Origin: Hydrolagus affinis
Lineage: Eukaryota
Direction: 5' to 3'
Length of the DNA: 64,000 nucleotides
Assembly (NCBI GenBank): GCA_012026655.1
Contig: JAAILG010000297.1
Coordinates: forward strand, 1-64,000
The first letter of the stretch is position 1, and the number at the start of each line of letters is the position of its first letter. The notes below the pieces were generated by a model. It worked only from the letters and a program-made list of their open reading frames with translations. It searched no databases and was not told where the DNA came from. Made by a program: the position numbers and the translations under genes. This document shows, piece by piece, positions 13,101-49,559 of this stretch.

Positions 13101-14412
13101 AACAGTGGCAACTACGACCACTTAAAACCCCAAACTGTTTATTCAACCAAACCGGTGTAACAGTTTAAAGTGCTTGTCAGTATCAGTAAACAGCGGTGTA
13201 GAAAATCAAAATGATCTGCAACTGGGACTCCACTCCCCACACACTTCTATAAGACACCTATTGGTGTTACCCAGTGACATTGCTGAACCTTCTGGTGCAT
13301 AAGCACTAAAGAAAGCTAAGACACAGAACACAAAAAACGAATGGAAAACTAATGATATTTTACAGCCTTTTTTTATATACAGTTGATCGACATAAACATG
13401 TACCACTTTCAAAGAAAGTTTCAAAGAAACAGTTTATCACTGGTAAATAAACAGGGACAAAGTCATAAGATATAAGAGTTTACACATGGAATGCTTACAG
13501 ATTTTACATTTGACATGTTACAGCACGCAGTAAGCTTTTTTTCTGCAGTGATCCTTCACACCCTGATAGAAGGTTAAGGAATGTCTAAACAAATAGTGAC
13601 AGGATTAAGCAATCCCCAGTCAGGTACAGAACAGCCCCATTGAAAGGAAAGCCCAGTTTTAATAGGAGATTCTGTACTGGAGCGAAAACTGCAGTCACAC
13701 TGCAGAATTTGTGTGGCTTCAATGTGGTTTCTAAACCACAATGCACCACAGTGAAGCTAGATTTGAAACAGACAAAATTTTCCTTCGAGCATAGCCCCCA
13801 AACAACATCTCCAAGAGAAAGTGGTTTCAGTCAATCAAAGCTTTTGATTATGGAATATGACTCGGGTCTGATGACCATCTTGATGCAAAGTCAGCTTTTA
13901 AACTGAAACGAACTCTGTCTAGTGGAGCACATTTAATGTTCTTAATGTTACCAGAAAGCCAGCTGTGCCACTGCATCTTTAAAACCTTCCAAATTCAATC
14001 AGTATTGGTCATCAGACTTTTCCTTGGTGGGACTCAATTCCAGATGAGAGCTGGTAGTGTAACAGCCTTCTGCCAAGCCTGAAATGCACTCATACAAGGC
14101 ACTACATCAGCTCTCTGCTTGCAATCATACTGTTGTATTACACTGGAACTGCTGTGTGACTAACTCACTGCACTACCCTGACTAGTTTTTTTGAAGGTTC
14201 ACAATGCCAGTTCTATCATTGTTTCATGCTCTCTGGGACTCTACCTTGCATGAGGGGCGCTATTTAAATGGAAGTTGCTGTTTGAATAAAACATGTAATA
14301 GAGCAGAAATTAAGAATGTGGGATCAAGAAAAGGCCCATCTGTTGCTTTCACAGATGACACTTTTTAGTGGATCCCTTATCACCCAGTTCTGTCTTCAGA
14401 AGGAAGTGAAGT

Positions 14413-14950
14413 AACAACAACAAAATTACATTTGTAGAGCACCTTTCACGTTGGGAGGATGTGCCCAGTAAAACACCAGCGTATTCATCCACCCTACCTC
14501 TTCACTATCCAACCTTGTCTTCTTCCTCCACAAGCATTTTGCTCCTACAATTGCTAATTGCCTTTACTCCCTTACACTCTTTTTTCCCAAACCCCACTTC
14601 CACGACTGTTTGTGGGACACTGTGGTGCGCAATTTGGCCGCCATGTTTCTCCCACAAATATATAGTCAATTTGCCTACTTTCCTTCCCCCAACCACTACC
14701 CCTCCCTGCATGCTCTGGTCCCTACATCTTTTCCCCCCTTTCTTCCCTCTTTTCTTCTACCCCCTCCCCTGCTCTGGTCCTAACCTTGGGACGTTGTTGT
14801 ATGCTGTGAAGCGCTTTGAGATGTCGATAAGACGTGGAAAGCGCTATATAAATGTAAGGATTATTAATATTATTATTACTATATAGATGTAATAACAATA
14901 ATAATCCTTGCATCTGATATCGATCCTTATGTCATTAAGAGATTTCAAAA
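14413..14950. mobile_element. Composite cluster of L2 tail, Deu-SINE pieces and opposed SINE tails
   Basis: L2 tail (-) 14413-14470; Deu core (+) about 14598-14670; pyrimidine-rich L2-like 3' UTR; SINE tail (+) to 14882; SINE tail (-) from about 14890. Confidence 0.7.
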
Positions 14951-17900
14951 CAGAACATACTATGTTGGTTTCTGTGATGAAATGATTGTAGAAGTTTCTT
15001 ATTTTGTTCTTACTAACAAATACCAGTTAATAGTAATATTCTTCCTGTCATTATATTCAAGGTCTGAAAAGGAGTTAACTTGTGGTGTCCATCAATTTGG
15101 GTAGGATGCGGTGAGGAGGGTGGGGGAAGAGGGGAGTTAATGTGATTAAAAGTTCCTCATTCTCTTTTACCATTGTGCTACCTTCTCTTCAATTAGACAT
15201 GCATGGCTGTTCAAATCACTGGAATCAAATCAATATTGCCTCTCAGCATATGCCAGTCTTTTCAAATTTCCATCCATCTTGAAGATATTAAGGTTAATGC
15301 TGTAATGGAATGCTTTAGTAATCCAAATCATGATTGCCAATTGTTGTGGCATTACTGATGTTTAAATTAATTTACAACCTGGGCCTTAATCAAAAAGCTG
15401 TGTCAGCATTTGTTTGAAAAACATCTAATTTATTGTAAGTTACCCTTTCTTTAACAAGACCCTTATGGTCATTATGCAGGCACATCTTGAAACAGTGGAA
15501 AAGCTGAATAAGGTTTTGTAGCTGTGCTTCTCGTTAACGTTCAACCATTTAAAGTGAAGGTAAGTTACTTTTGTTGACCAAAAACAGACTAGCAAAGGTC
15601 ATCACAACCTATGAATTCCCAAACTGGACACAGTAACAGGAATAAAGTAACTAGGAAAATTGGAACAATCCTTTAAAACTATGCCACATAAATTGAAACA
15701 GCTTCTAGCTTGTAATTTCACCAGGCGGTCGGTCAGTATGAATTAATTGATGAAGTCATCTCCATTGTGATTGTCAGTTTCTAAATAGCCAGAGGAGTGG
15801 CTGTTCACACCCAGTGGCTGCTTCTAGGATTCTTCAAATGGGCTATAAACTGGAATTGGCTCCACTCATTCCACCCGCTGGGACTGATAGATTCAATTTT
15901 TCCATACATTTTAATCCGAATAGTAATATACTTGTGATTAAACTGCCTGCTTATTACAGTTTTTAACATAAGTTTATAATGACTCATGAAATCTGCTCAT
16001 ACATAAGCAATCCAATCTGAGGCTCAGGTGTGAGCCCGAGCATCAGAAAGATGTGATGTGAGTTGCAAAATTAAATGGTCTCATGTTGTTGAATATGGCT
16101 GTAGTATGTTATGGATTGTGTTTCCTTGTGATACATTGCCTGTGGGATGATGCTATGAATTGGCTAAGATGATGAGACAAATCCCAGTGAAAAATACAGG
16201 GAGTTATCAACAAATAATTGGTTTGGTGCAGATTAAACCATACTACTTTTGAACAAGTTGTACCAGCACTTCCCTTTCAGATTATTATTAGTGTTGTTAT
16301 TATATTGTTTGTGGAAGGAACAGGCAAGGACTGAATAATGGAATTGTGGAGATGGATTCTGGAGATCGTGATCCACTTTTTCTGAGTTTGTAATGACTTA
16401 GAACTTTCCCTATGAATCGGAATGGAAGTCTCAAGAATTAAGGAGTTAAGTATGTTCTGGGGGAAATAGTTCCATTCTCCTAACATACATTCTAATGTAG
16501 AGTGTAACAATTTGATGTCAGATGAATCTTCTAGTTTACACTCTAAATGAGGTGTGGAGATTATTTGTTGGTGGGATAATTTGTCACTGGGCTGTTGATG
16601 CAAATTATGAAGTAAGAGTTAATAAAAAAGAGTTTGTACTGAAGAGGGGAGAATGGAATTGCAAACACAGGACTCGGCATGGTAAGGCCTTAGGAAATCA
16701 CAGACAACAGCAAAAGTTCAAAGACAGACATGTTCTGGGCTGGATTTTTCTCATTCCTCAAGCATCAAAGTGACAGCCATCATTTATAAAGCCCTGGCCT
16801 CCTTCTGTCCTCCTCTTCTCTTATTGCCGTGATATGTTATTCACATGAAAAGTACTTAATTACAATCGTCTTTCAAAGTTCTCTACAACAAAGATTCAAA
16901 GCCCATTCCTTTTTCCTATTTGAATGTGTATATTTGCAAACAAACTCTATTGGTGTAACTTGTACCCAATAAATGATATGTACTTAGGTTTTTTTTCTAT
17001 ATTTTCTTAACTGAGGTGCAATGTATTCTTTTCCATTTGAAAAGTGGTACGGTGGGTGTGGGGGAAGGAGAACTGGTCACCTTTTCATTATTTTTGTTGA
17101 ATTATGTATTTATTGAGGGGAGAGATGTCAGTGTTGAGGAATGCTCTTCTGCTTTTGACACCTAGCGTCGATATTAAACACTACCAGGTCACAAGCTAGA
17201 AGCAAAATAAATCTCTCTCCACTTTGCCTTAACATCCAACGCGTCTCAATTGTAACCTCAAGAGATATGCGTACCTTCACCACACAAGTGTGAATGTTTT
17301 CATTTCCCACATTATTCATTCCATTCTGAGTTACCCTGCCAGTTCCATGTCTGCCAAATTGAGGAGATGTTAAGATGTCCTTCAAGATTTGTTCAAACCC
17401 AGTTGATTTGGAATCTTCACATTTGATTAAAAAAAACTTTCATTGAAGCCTGGATCAGAACCCAGGCCAGGTCTTTAGTTGGGTTTCTTCTGCAGTTGCT
17501 CGAAAGAGGAGAAAATATGAAACATTGATTGCCTTTTTCAACCACAGCTTCCATACTGTCCATACTGAGCATTAGGTGAAACCGGCCCTGAAGTCCAAGA
17601 AAACGTTGAAATGCCTGAGCTCTCAAACAGACAAGAAGCCACATGAGAGTATGAGTAAAAACTGCTGGTGAGAGAATTACAAGTAATGAACAGCACCCGC
17701 TAACGCAGGAAGAAACGGGGAGCTTTCTCTTTGAATTACTTGCTTTGAGGTGAAAACCATTCGGGATTAAACCTGAGCATCAAACTTGGAAGTTAAAACT
17801 CATACAGTACTTGAAAGCATTTCTTAAGAAAAAAGGTCCCAGCATCATTGCCACATTCAGGCAAGTAAGGTCTTGTTCATCTCCACACGTTGACTAACGA

Positions 17901-19128
17901 ACAACTGTCAACACATTCCAAACCACACAAAGAGGTGAACCTTGAGATTTAGTGATCAAGCTATCATTATACAACTTCCTTTTTATCAAGTCATCTTGTT
18001 AGATGCAAAAGCCTGTTTATTGTTTGGATGCGCCAACTGTGAAAGTTGGCCCTTAGTTAACATTGCAAATAGTGATCGTTTTAAATCCCCCAAATAATTG
18101 ATTTTTAATGGGTAATTATGGAAACATTGCTTCAAACCCCTGGTGAATGTTCCTTCGCTTTTCCTTTATTTGGTTGCTGGTAAAGAACTAATTTCATTGT
18201 GGCAGCTGCTGCTCTTCAATAATTGAAAAATGCAAAGCAGGATTTGGAATGATGCACAAGTTCAATGTTCTGGTTTATCACTGCTGTAACCCGTGGTTAA
18301 ATCCAAGTTGGTATTTCATGGTATGGTCATTCAGCAAACTCTTGAGCAGTCTCAACCCAGACCCACAGCATAAAGCTAATTATGAGTCTTGTTTTTGCCA
18401 CAGGGATAATTGGAGCTTGAAATAAAAATGCTGTTATGTTGCTCATCTGAGTTTGGGATTAATGCACATGGTGGGGTGGGTGGGGTGGTCAGTGTATAGG
18501 GATCTTTAACATTTAAATACTCCAGGCAGCACTTGACGCAATGGTAACACTCATTGCTGAAAGTGTTGTCATTTTCCAGAACTGAAATTGCTCAATGTTT
18601 TAGCTCGAGGTGAGGATTTACTGTATTTTCTATTTTGGGCTGATTCTATTTGACAAGTGTACATAAGAGTATGCACTGTACGTGCTGCTCCCTTAGTGAG
18701 AAGCTGTTTTGAAATGCACAATAGAACTGCCAGCTAGTCACAGGTGACTGCATAGCATGACACCTCCATTACAAAGTGCTTGGAGATGAAGCAGCTCCAA
18801 CGACAAACAGTAAAGTGCTGATAGATACTAGTCCAATTCATCATCCGAAGTGCTTTACACCAGAATTAAAATCACTTAAACTTTAATTATTAGGCAGTTT
18901 AACAATTCACGTTCAAAAGCAATACAAGGGTATCTCTCTCTAAGAAAACGAACATTTCCTTAAAACCCTGACAAGGATAAAGATTGCCAGCTTTTGAATC
19001 AGTCAAATGATCAGTCAATGTGGATTAATAAATTATACCAGTTTGGCTTGTTATGTCAGGAAAGCTGTGGGCCAGAAAAAGTTGTTAGAATACACCAATT
19101 GTTGCATTCTCTCACTGAAAATAATCAT

Positions 19129-19385
19129 CATAATAATAAAAATCCTTGCATTTGATAAAGTACTTTTCACGTAATCTAGACGTCTCAAAGTGCTTCACAG
19201 AATATACTGTAGTGAATTCACTGCATATATGTGGGCGAAACGCGGCAGTCAATTGCACGCAACAGTCTCCCACAAACAGCCATGGATTGAAATGACTTTA
19301 ATTTTTTTAAAGGATTATTATTAGGCATGTAGAGTTAGGAAACTTGCCCAAGGCTTCCTCACTCCACACACCTAATAATAATCCT
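19129..19385 (-). mobile_element. Deu-SINE copy ending in a fold-back duplication
   Basis: Tail and core match the 24908 copy; 19311-19385 is an inverted duplication. Confidence 0.82.
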
Positions 19386-19814
19386 GGTTAAAAGTGCTGG
19401 GTGGAAGAAGAAATCAATAAGATTGATAGATCAGGATACAGATCAAAAGCTCCTTTATAGAGACCTAATATTGCAGCTTTCAAGAATTTCCATTTTTGTA
19501 AGATTTTCCAAAGTGTAAAAGCCTGCCTGATGTTAGGTCATCTGTTTTATTCTAATCTCTTACCCACATTGGGCAGATGGATGGAACAGTCTGAACTAGA
19601 GCCTTCTAGCCTATCAATATCACTCGATGATAAGCTGTCAGGAGGTGACACTGAGGCAGGGGACACCTTATAGCTGTTCTTCCTTAGTGCTCCTTTGGGG
19701 ACTGATCAACTCAATACAAACTGATTGGAGCATCAAGCAGCTAGGGGCTTAGCTGTGATTTTCAGGTTTAGGCTTTCGTACAGCTGCAATGGATGTTTTG
19801 AGCCCAATCCAATA

Positions 19815-19856
19815 ACACCAAGAAAAAGACAAATGCAAACAAAATTAACTTTTATT
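19815..19856 (-). terminator. Distal polyadenylation signal AATAAA with GU/U-rich downstream element
   Basis: Minus strand reads AATAAAagttaattttgtttgcatttgtctttttcttggtgt. Confidence 0.55.
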
Positions 19857-21339
19857 ATATTTTGGCATTTGTACCTTGAAGGCACATACTGGACTTCATT
19901 GTTGCGAAAGAATTCAACTACAGGAAGCACAATCTTCTCTTATCTTACATATCCTGGCAGAAAAAAAAAGCTCCTTTCACAGAAAGGATTATTTACAGTT
20001 TGTGCAATCATCATTTTAAAGGATATAAAATGTTACAATGTTTGATATATTGTTGTCCTTTTTTTAATAAAAAAAAACTAATGAATAAATCCTAGTTTGG
20101 GAATAAATAACCAATTCAATCTTTTACTACAGTCCAAATGTTGCTGGACAAAACTCAAATTATTAGGTCCAATTTATATAAAGCCCATGAAAATAATTAA
20201 CAAAAAAAAACTAAAAACATAACTGAAAGGGATGTGGCCTTATTTTGTCAGTCTAACCAGTTTATTGGCTATATCAAAAAAAAAGTTCTAAACATAATAA
20301 ATCTTCCCCAGGAGGAATTTAAAAAGGATGTACCTGGAGACCGATGTAACAGAAAACCTCTCCCTACCCTGGCCCATCCTATTGCTGTAACCTACTTGCA
20401 GCTTCAATTAGTTGTGGATTAGCATGGAATGAGTCATAACTGGCGCACTTTCCACATCTCATAAATCCCAAACGTGAGTCTATTTATACCACAGACAATC
20501 CATTGAATTTTATTTAATTTTGTGTGTTAATCTGCACGGGATCAGATTTTTTCTTTATGCTGAATTCTCCCAGTTGATTCAATTGATCTGCCAATAGATA
20601 ACACTGTAATTTCTGATCTTTTTACTAGAGTTTTCCCAAGAGCTCAAGAAGTGCCCAAAATGGTGCGAGGGACCATCTTTCACCGACAAAGTGACACATC
20701 ATTAGCAACTCGTAGCTAGGACAAACCCAACAGTCAAAAACATACATTCAAAAAAAATTCTTTCCAAGGATCACACGACAGGGGTTGTTGCTATAGCCGA
20801 TTTTGGTTTCGGATGCAACTGTAATTACCAGTTAACACAAAGAGAGCAGTGCTACAATAATACTTCCCGTTTTAGATTCTACAAAGATTGATCAGTTGTG
20901 TGGGTTTGTTTTGCCAAACGCAGGACAGTTAACCTCCATTGCAATTGGTTCCCATTCATAGAATTCTGTCAGATGGAGTGAGGCATTTACTGTATATGAT
21001 TTATGCCGGCACACAAAAAAAACCAAAATGTACATTTTAACTGGATAGCAAGAACTGGTCTAGTGGGGATTTGCTTATGTGATCCCTAAAGACAGCTGCT
21101 TAAGCTTCTATTTCGAATTGTTACTTGATTCAGGTGCATTCCTCTTGACATGCAGAACTAGTACAGAATTTTGGCAGTTTTCTATATACATAATCCTGTA
21201 TTCTCTAACATGCACGCTAAAGACCAAAGCCAATTGTTTTACTCTACTCTGGGATAGCTTGTGGAGATGCTGGATTTTTTCTGCTCCAGCATTTTCTATT
21301 AACCACTTCACCTTCATTAAAAACAGGTTGATTTTCAAT

Positions 21340-21437
21340 CTTGCCCCCTTCCCCCATCCCCCCAGTACCAGCACCCTGGGATGTCCTCCCAACATGAAAG
21401 GCGCTCTATAAATGTAGTTTTGTTGTTGTTGTTGTTG
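21340..21437 (+). mobile_element. L2 tail fragment inside the putative 3' UTR (antisense)
   Basis: gggatgtcctcccaacatgaaaggcgctctataaatgtagtt(ttg)n. Confidence 0.75.
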
Positions 21438-22360
21438 TATTATGAGAGAGAATTCCGCAAGTTCATGTTGAACCTGCACTACATTTCCAAAAGGTAACAC
21501 ACAACTGTGAATGGCAATGTTCACAATTCAGGTTCAAATCTGGATTCATGACAAAACGCCTCTCACATTCTTCATACGAGGGAAGTCGTACACAGTCACT
21601 GAGCGGCTTTGTGTTGATTCCATAACCAAGCAAAGTTACGTGGATATTTTCCAGCGTGCCTGCTAATGGCCTCTGTTTAAAAGGACACTCGGTTAGTTGT
21701 TATACCTATGTGCTATTATTGTTAGTGTTATCACACCATAAACTCATCAACAATAGGAAAATGTTAGGGGAGTTTAGCAAAATGATCAAACAGGAAGTTA
21801 ACCTTAAATTATCAGGTGAGCATTTAAACCGCAGCTACAGGTTTAATCTAACATCTGGACATTTTGAGCAAGATGATAGCAGTCGCTGGCTATTTTCAAT
21901 TCTCAGCTGTGAAGTCTCGTACTGGTTAGCCGGTGACCTTAACAGAAGGGCTTAAGGTCGTCCAGAAAAGAGGTTTGAAATCTCATCCGTAACTACTCAG
22001 TGAGGCAAACACTCTTTAAACAGTGGCCCAAATGATTCATGTATTGGTGGCAGAATCAGCCTTGTGGAAATGAACAGAATCACGTTGAGAACCGTATTGG
22101 AAATTTTCATGTGAAGTGACAATTGCACCCTCGAGTCCTGTAGAGATGTTAGAAATCTTTACACGGTAGGCAAGAGTGCGGAAGTCAATCATCCTGAATC
22201 TCCACAGAGTTAACCCACATACTTCCTCCACAACAGTTTTGCTTTACAATTAGAATCCCATTGAACTATCTTTGACGTATCAATTTATAATACTGTGTTA
22301 TGATAGATAAGGATTGTCATAATACTGCTAAAAGTTGCACTGCATTTTGACATCTACTTG

Positions 22361-22366
22361 TTTAAT
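22361..22366 (-). terminator. Candidate proximal polyadenylation signal ATTAAA
   Basis: ATTAAA at the end of a very AU-rich tract (22361-22440). Confidence 0.35.
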
Positions 22367-24092
22367 ATAATTTCATGTAAAAATATCAGTTATATAAAAA
22401 TACCAATAAAAACATATTTCATATCAAAAAATATTTTACGAAACTATTCCAGTTGCAGAAATCGCAGCTAAATGTTAAAATATGGCAATTGATAATGGGT
22501 TGCAAAAGACTGTGTATCGGAATGGAAATGTTAGTCACTTGGTAATCAAGCAAGCGTGTCTCTCACCAATTTAATCTCACCTAAAAAGTTCATTTCTGCT
22601 TCAGAGACAATGAAAATATTACCTGTTGTTAATTAAATGAAAAAGGTTTGTTGTAACATGTTCAATTAATTTCCTTGTCATCTATTATGTTCATCTGACA
22701 CGGTGAACTCTTTAGACTAAAGATGTTGAAAGATTCCCGCTTATGGAATCTTGCTCATTCTGAAACTGCAAACCCTTCATTAATAGGGTACACCTGAGCC
22801 ATTTCATTATTCAATGTGAAACTCAAAGGAAAGCTTGATCCGGTTTAGACCACTTCATCACTTTCTGGCGGAAAATCAAACTACAAATTGACATTTATCC
22901 ACACTGACCTGAACTGTGCTCATCAAAGCACTCGGTAATACAAGATCAAATGCAACAGAAATGTGGATCAAATGACTGAATATAAATGAATGTGTCCTTC
23001 CTTGTACATGAGTCTTTTCTGTACTCGTTTCAGTAGAAGTGACCATGGCCCCTTGGATCAATGGAACTTAAAGAGAGTCCATTTGCACTGCCCACCAAGT
23101 AACTCTTTGACAAACTGGTCACATAAACAACCGTTCTCTCCCACACATCACTGACAGGCACCTGACCCACAAATACAGAAAACCTTCACTCTCTTCACTG
23201 TAACGAGAACTTATCAGTTCTGTAGCAAAACCCAGTCAGGTGAACTCTGGCAATATATCTGCAGTTCCCCATTTCACCAAAAAACAGCTTAGTGACCCTG
23301 CATTCTGTAGTCAAATTATGATACATACAAGACAATTATTTATTGCCCACAGGATCTGTTACTTTGGTATGTAAGATCCCGGTTTACATCATTGAGAATG
23401 ACAGCCAATGGGACATTGTTGATTGTCACGGCAGGTGACACACATACACACACACTCACACACGCACATAACAAACAAAAATAAAGGCACCAAAAAGATT
23501 CAGAAATTTAAATGAAGGAGCGTGATGTTGCAGAGTTCACAGTACCTATGGCCAGGCCCACATCTCCATTGAAACTCTTGGAAAACGTTGATCAACAACA
23601 TAGTAATTGCACGTCTAACACACAATTGCTAAGAACCCTAAGGGTTTCCTAAACAGCTTTTGAAAGATCTTTGATTTTTAAAAACATTTGTTTGTATGAA
23701 TATCTCGGTTTGTGTAATACTGAGTTGTAATACTCCAAACATCGTGGATTTGTTGCTCCACAGAATAGTCAATGTGCAAAGACTCTTCACTGGCTAGTTG
23801 ATAGGTGAATCTTCTTTTCTGTGTCGCTCAAAAATATACACATCCTCATCACAGTTCTGATTCTTATTTAACATATCTCTTTGGCTTCTTGGCGTCCATT
23901 GCTTTTATCACTTGTTTTTGTTCGGAAACCTGGAAGAACCGCAGGATATAAACTGTCTGCTTATTGAGCTGTCAAGATTCTCAGCTTGGCACTGAAGCTT
24001 AGGCAATGGCTTTGGAAGGTCATTGTGAATGATGTAGGCAGCCAGGCCCACGGTACAGTACAACAACTCAATGCATAGTTGAAACTCAGTGT

Positions 24093-46188
<22,096 letters not shown>

Positions 46189-49100
46189 CTGGATAGGAGG
46201 GAAAGGTTGTATATCATTACCACTGTCGTCGTCAAGCAGGAAATGCCCAAACAAATGTTACACTGTAATTTCATGAATATTTCTCGGGCATGCCGAGACA
46301 CAACCGTAGAATTAAATGCTGCTGCATTTTAACTGAACCGACGAGATATCATTCGTTTAAAGGCCAGTCTTAGGAATATTTTAATTGGATAACAGCAGAA
46401 AAACCAGCTACATCATTGCTAATGAAGTTCGCTTCAATAAACTTGTTACACTTCACATGAGCCAACAGAGAGCTGTTTACATCTGGATTTCTAAAACTTC
46501 ACATTGAAAGGAAATGTTATGAAGCTGGTATGTGGAGAAAGGGAGTGTTAATCAAAGGCCGCTCATTAGGGCAAAAGGATTTTCTTAGTAGAGAAGCCTC
46601 TTTGACAGAATGCCAGAAAACTCAATGTGTGGAAGGCACTAAACTCAATACAGTTCTTTTGAACTTCGAAAAGCGTGTCTTTGCTAGTCGGAAAGTGAAT
46701 ACAATACCTAAAGTATTGGAGTGAAAAAACATTATCCAGAAAAATCTTCAGGGTCAGTGACTTTGTGATTCCTACTTCTCTTGATTTATTTCATAAACAA
46801 CACCAACAAAGCTACACAAGAACCTCAGCAAAAAAATGGTTCTTTCCACAGCAACGAACAGCAGTACAGAACAACCATTAAAAACAGTGTAATAACCTCC
46901 TTCAAATGAACTTAGTGTTGATAAAGGTTTACAAATGGTCCTCAACTCTTTAGCCTGCAACATGAAATGCTGAATGCTTGAATTCTGAGGCAGTGGGTGT
47001 AACTGGATTCTCAAAGTATCTCCTGTAGGCTGGAGAAAACAGTCCTTCTATTTATAAAGTTATTGGAAAAAAAGTACAGTCAATTCATCGATTTTTTCAA
47101 AACGTCAGTTACTCTCTCAGTTTTCAGACCGAATAATCTGAAGTTCATTAAAATAACGATGGCTTCTCTTGGACAACAAAGGAACAATTTAAACAAACAG
47201 CGACCACTCTGGCAAAATGTTCTTAATTAAAGCAGTTCCATCTTAAATTAACAAATCCAATATATAAGATTGCTGATTTACCAACGTGTTACTAACTAGA
47301 CCCACATCACAGTTCTGATGTTAGCAACCTCATCTTACTCCAATACAAAAGGGTTGAAAAAAAAACCTTTACTTACTTTTTGTAAGGAAACAGTAGTGAA
47401 AAACCAAATGTTACATTCACAAAGTCCAGGAGAGAGATTTCTTAGTGATTTAATTTTGATGTACCACCCCACCAGCATCCCCACCAACATTGCTTCGGAG
47501 AAGTTAGCCTAGAGGCATGTAAATTTTAAATCCAAAAATGGATTGAGCCCACAACCTTCTGACTCAAGAGTTTTGGAGAGCAACCAATGGAGCCAGACTG
47601 ACCCAATATGTCCAACGAAACAATAAACTTCACTTCAAACCCCAGGCAATTTTTCCAATAAGAAAAACATTTACAAAGAGATAAAATATTCAGTATCTGT
47701 TTGGAGAAGAAAAAATAATTACCCTGATCAAACTACTGGTAAAATTGTATTTCACTGCCAAATGATTCAGATTACACAGAGCTGCAAGCAGTTGGTATAC
47801 ATTATGTTTATCCCAATGGGGATCTTGCCTGTATTTTTTCTCTCAAATTTCTGTATGGGCATCGCTCCATTGCCTTCTGAATTCCCACAGCTGAATTGTT
47901 GGCTTTCCTGTGATCAGCACATTAATCTTCTCACCCAGGTGATAAAGAAAACCTGCCAACCTCACACAAGATATTAACTACTTAGATGATGTCAAAGGCA
48001 ACAATATTGGCACCCGCATGCCAAATAAAGCTAACTTCCTGTGTTAAACCAATATACAGTATTAAACAGATCACCAAATTGAATTCATGACAATCTTACA
48101 GACCTGAAAAATATTATCCTCTAAGGTTGTAAAAGTCTTCCTCTTTAAATTTCTGAATGACAGTATTTCGTAGACAAGTAGTGCTGCAGTAAGGACAATT
48201 CCTTTCAAACACCACTCCTAATTCACATAATAAAATGTTCGTATCCAGCGTGTACATAAAGCACTCAGTTGATTGATGCAAAGTCTGTCCAGAGATTGAT
48301 TCAAGTGTCAATGAATGTTGTGTAACTGGCAGGTTCACAAATAAAGTTGGAAGTTGTAGCTACTTTTTGCTTTAAATGTTCATTTTCAGAAGCCATCATC
48401 TATTCCAGTTAGGTTAGCATGTACTCTGGAACTTCTGATCGTCTCTAAGTAACTGATAAGATCCAGCAGTGCTGTATAATCTCACTCATCCCACACAATA
48501 GGTTCAGGCCTGACAAAACTGATAAAGACCGTTGAGTTCTGACTGTTAGTGAAACAAAGGAAAAATTTGCTTCCTTCAGTTTGTTTTCTTTGTAATTTTT
48601 TGGATGAACATCTCAAATTTCTAAATAAAGGCCTTGCTCCATATTTCTTATCAGTGTCACTTTGGCTAAGCAAAGGGCAGACCCATCAGCACACACATCT
48701 GGATTTAAAGATATTAGAGCAGCAGTTACAATAATCCAATATTTTAGCATTGTGTATTTTGTGTATAAAGAATATCAAAATGCAAGGATTATTATTATTA
48801 TAATGAAGTTCCTTTACTAAAAGTTGTTAAACTGGCTTTGGTTGGTGATTAAGATTGCTGGATATTCAAATAATCTCACTGAATGTCTGGAGTTTGTGGT
48901 GAGTTCTGGTGATTGACCAGCCAGCATCACTCATTAGCAGGACTTGGAAGGAGCAGGCCAGTCACTTGGGACTGGGATTCTTCCACTCACTGCCTGTTAA
49001 CCTTGCAAAACTAAATGCCTAACCAGCAGGGTGGTCTTGTCTGGACAAGCAGTGGAAAGCCTACAAGTGTTCACACGTCATTTTAAATTACTAAAAGAGG

Positions 49101-49559
49101 AGCTATCTACTATATATTTATTAAATCTGGTCACCATGCTGAATTTTAAAGTTTAAAATTGTTCATTGGAAGCAGCCTGAGAAAAGGCATTTTGGCACTC
49201 TCTGCTAGTGATGAATGGTGAATGCTGTGTTCATTCAGCATATTTCTCCAACAGAACTCCCATTATATCACACCGGGGGAGGACTACAGAATGCTCTAAC
49301 TAGAAGTTTTAAAGAATGAATCTCAGCAACAAAGAATCATTGAGGCATAGAGATTTTGCAGCATCTTTTATACATTAGCGTGTTCCTTCTGCCTATTTGG
49401 TAACACTTTAGTTACTAACTGTTTAGTTAGATGGCATAATTTGCACCATGTAAGGAATTTATCACAAACCAAAACATGCTATTCTTGCTCTTGGAACTAT
49501 CGAGCTGTCAGTTTCATATTTACATAATGGACAAATGTTGAGATCTTTTTGTGCATCAC

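Larger units (their letters stand above)
19830..24092 (-). other. FRMD6: Putative FRMD6 3' UTR (long form, about 4.2 kb)
   Basis: Follows the stop codon, is U-rich on the minus strand, and ends at an AATAAA with a GU-rich downstream element. Confidence 0.5.

Noticed and set aside
1-19800. GNG2 coding exons expected from human synteny
   Set aside because: I found no MASNNTASIAQARK-like or CAAX-ending frame by eye; they probably lie outside the window.
20066-20110. Plus-strand AATAAA cluster as the 3' end of an antisense gene
   Set aside because: No plus-strand exons were identified, and the cluster is explained by U-rich minus-strand UTR composition.
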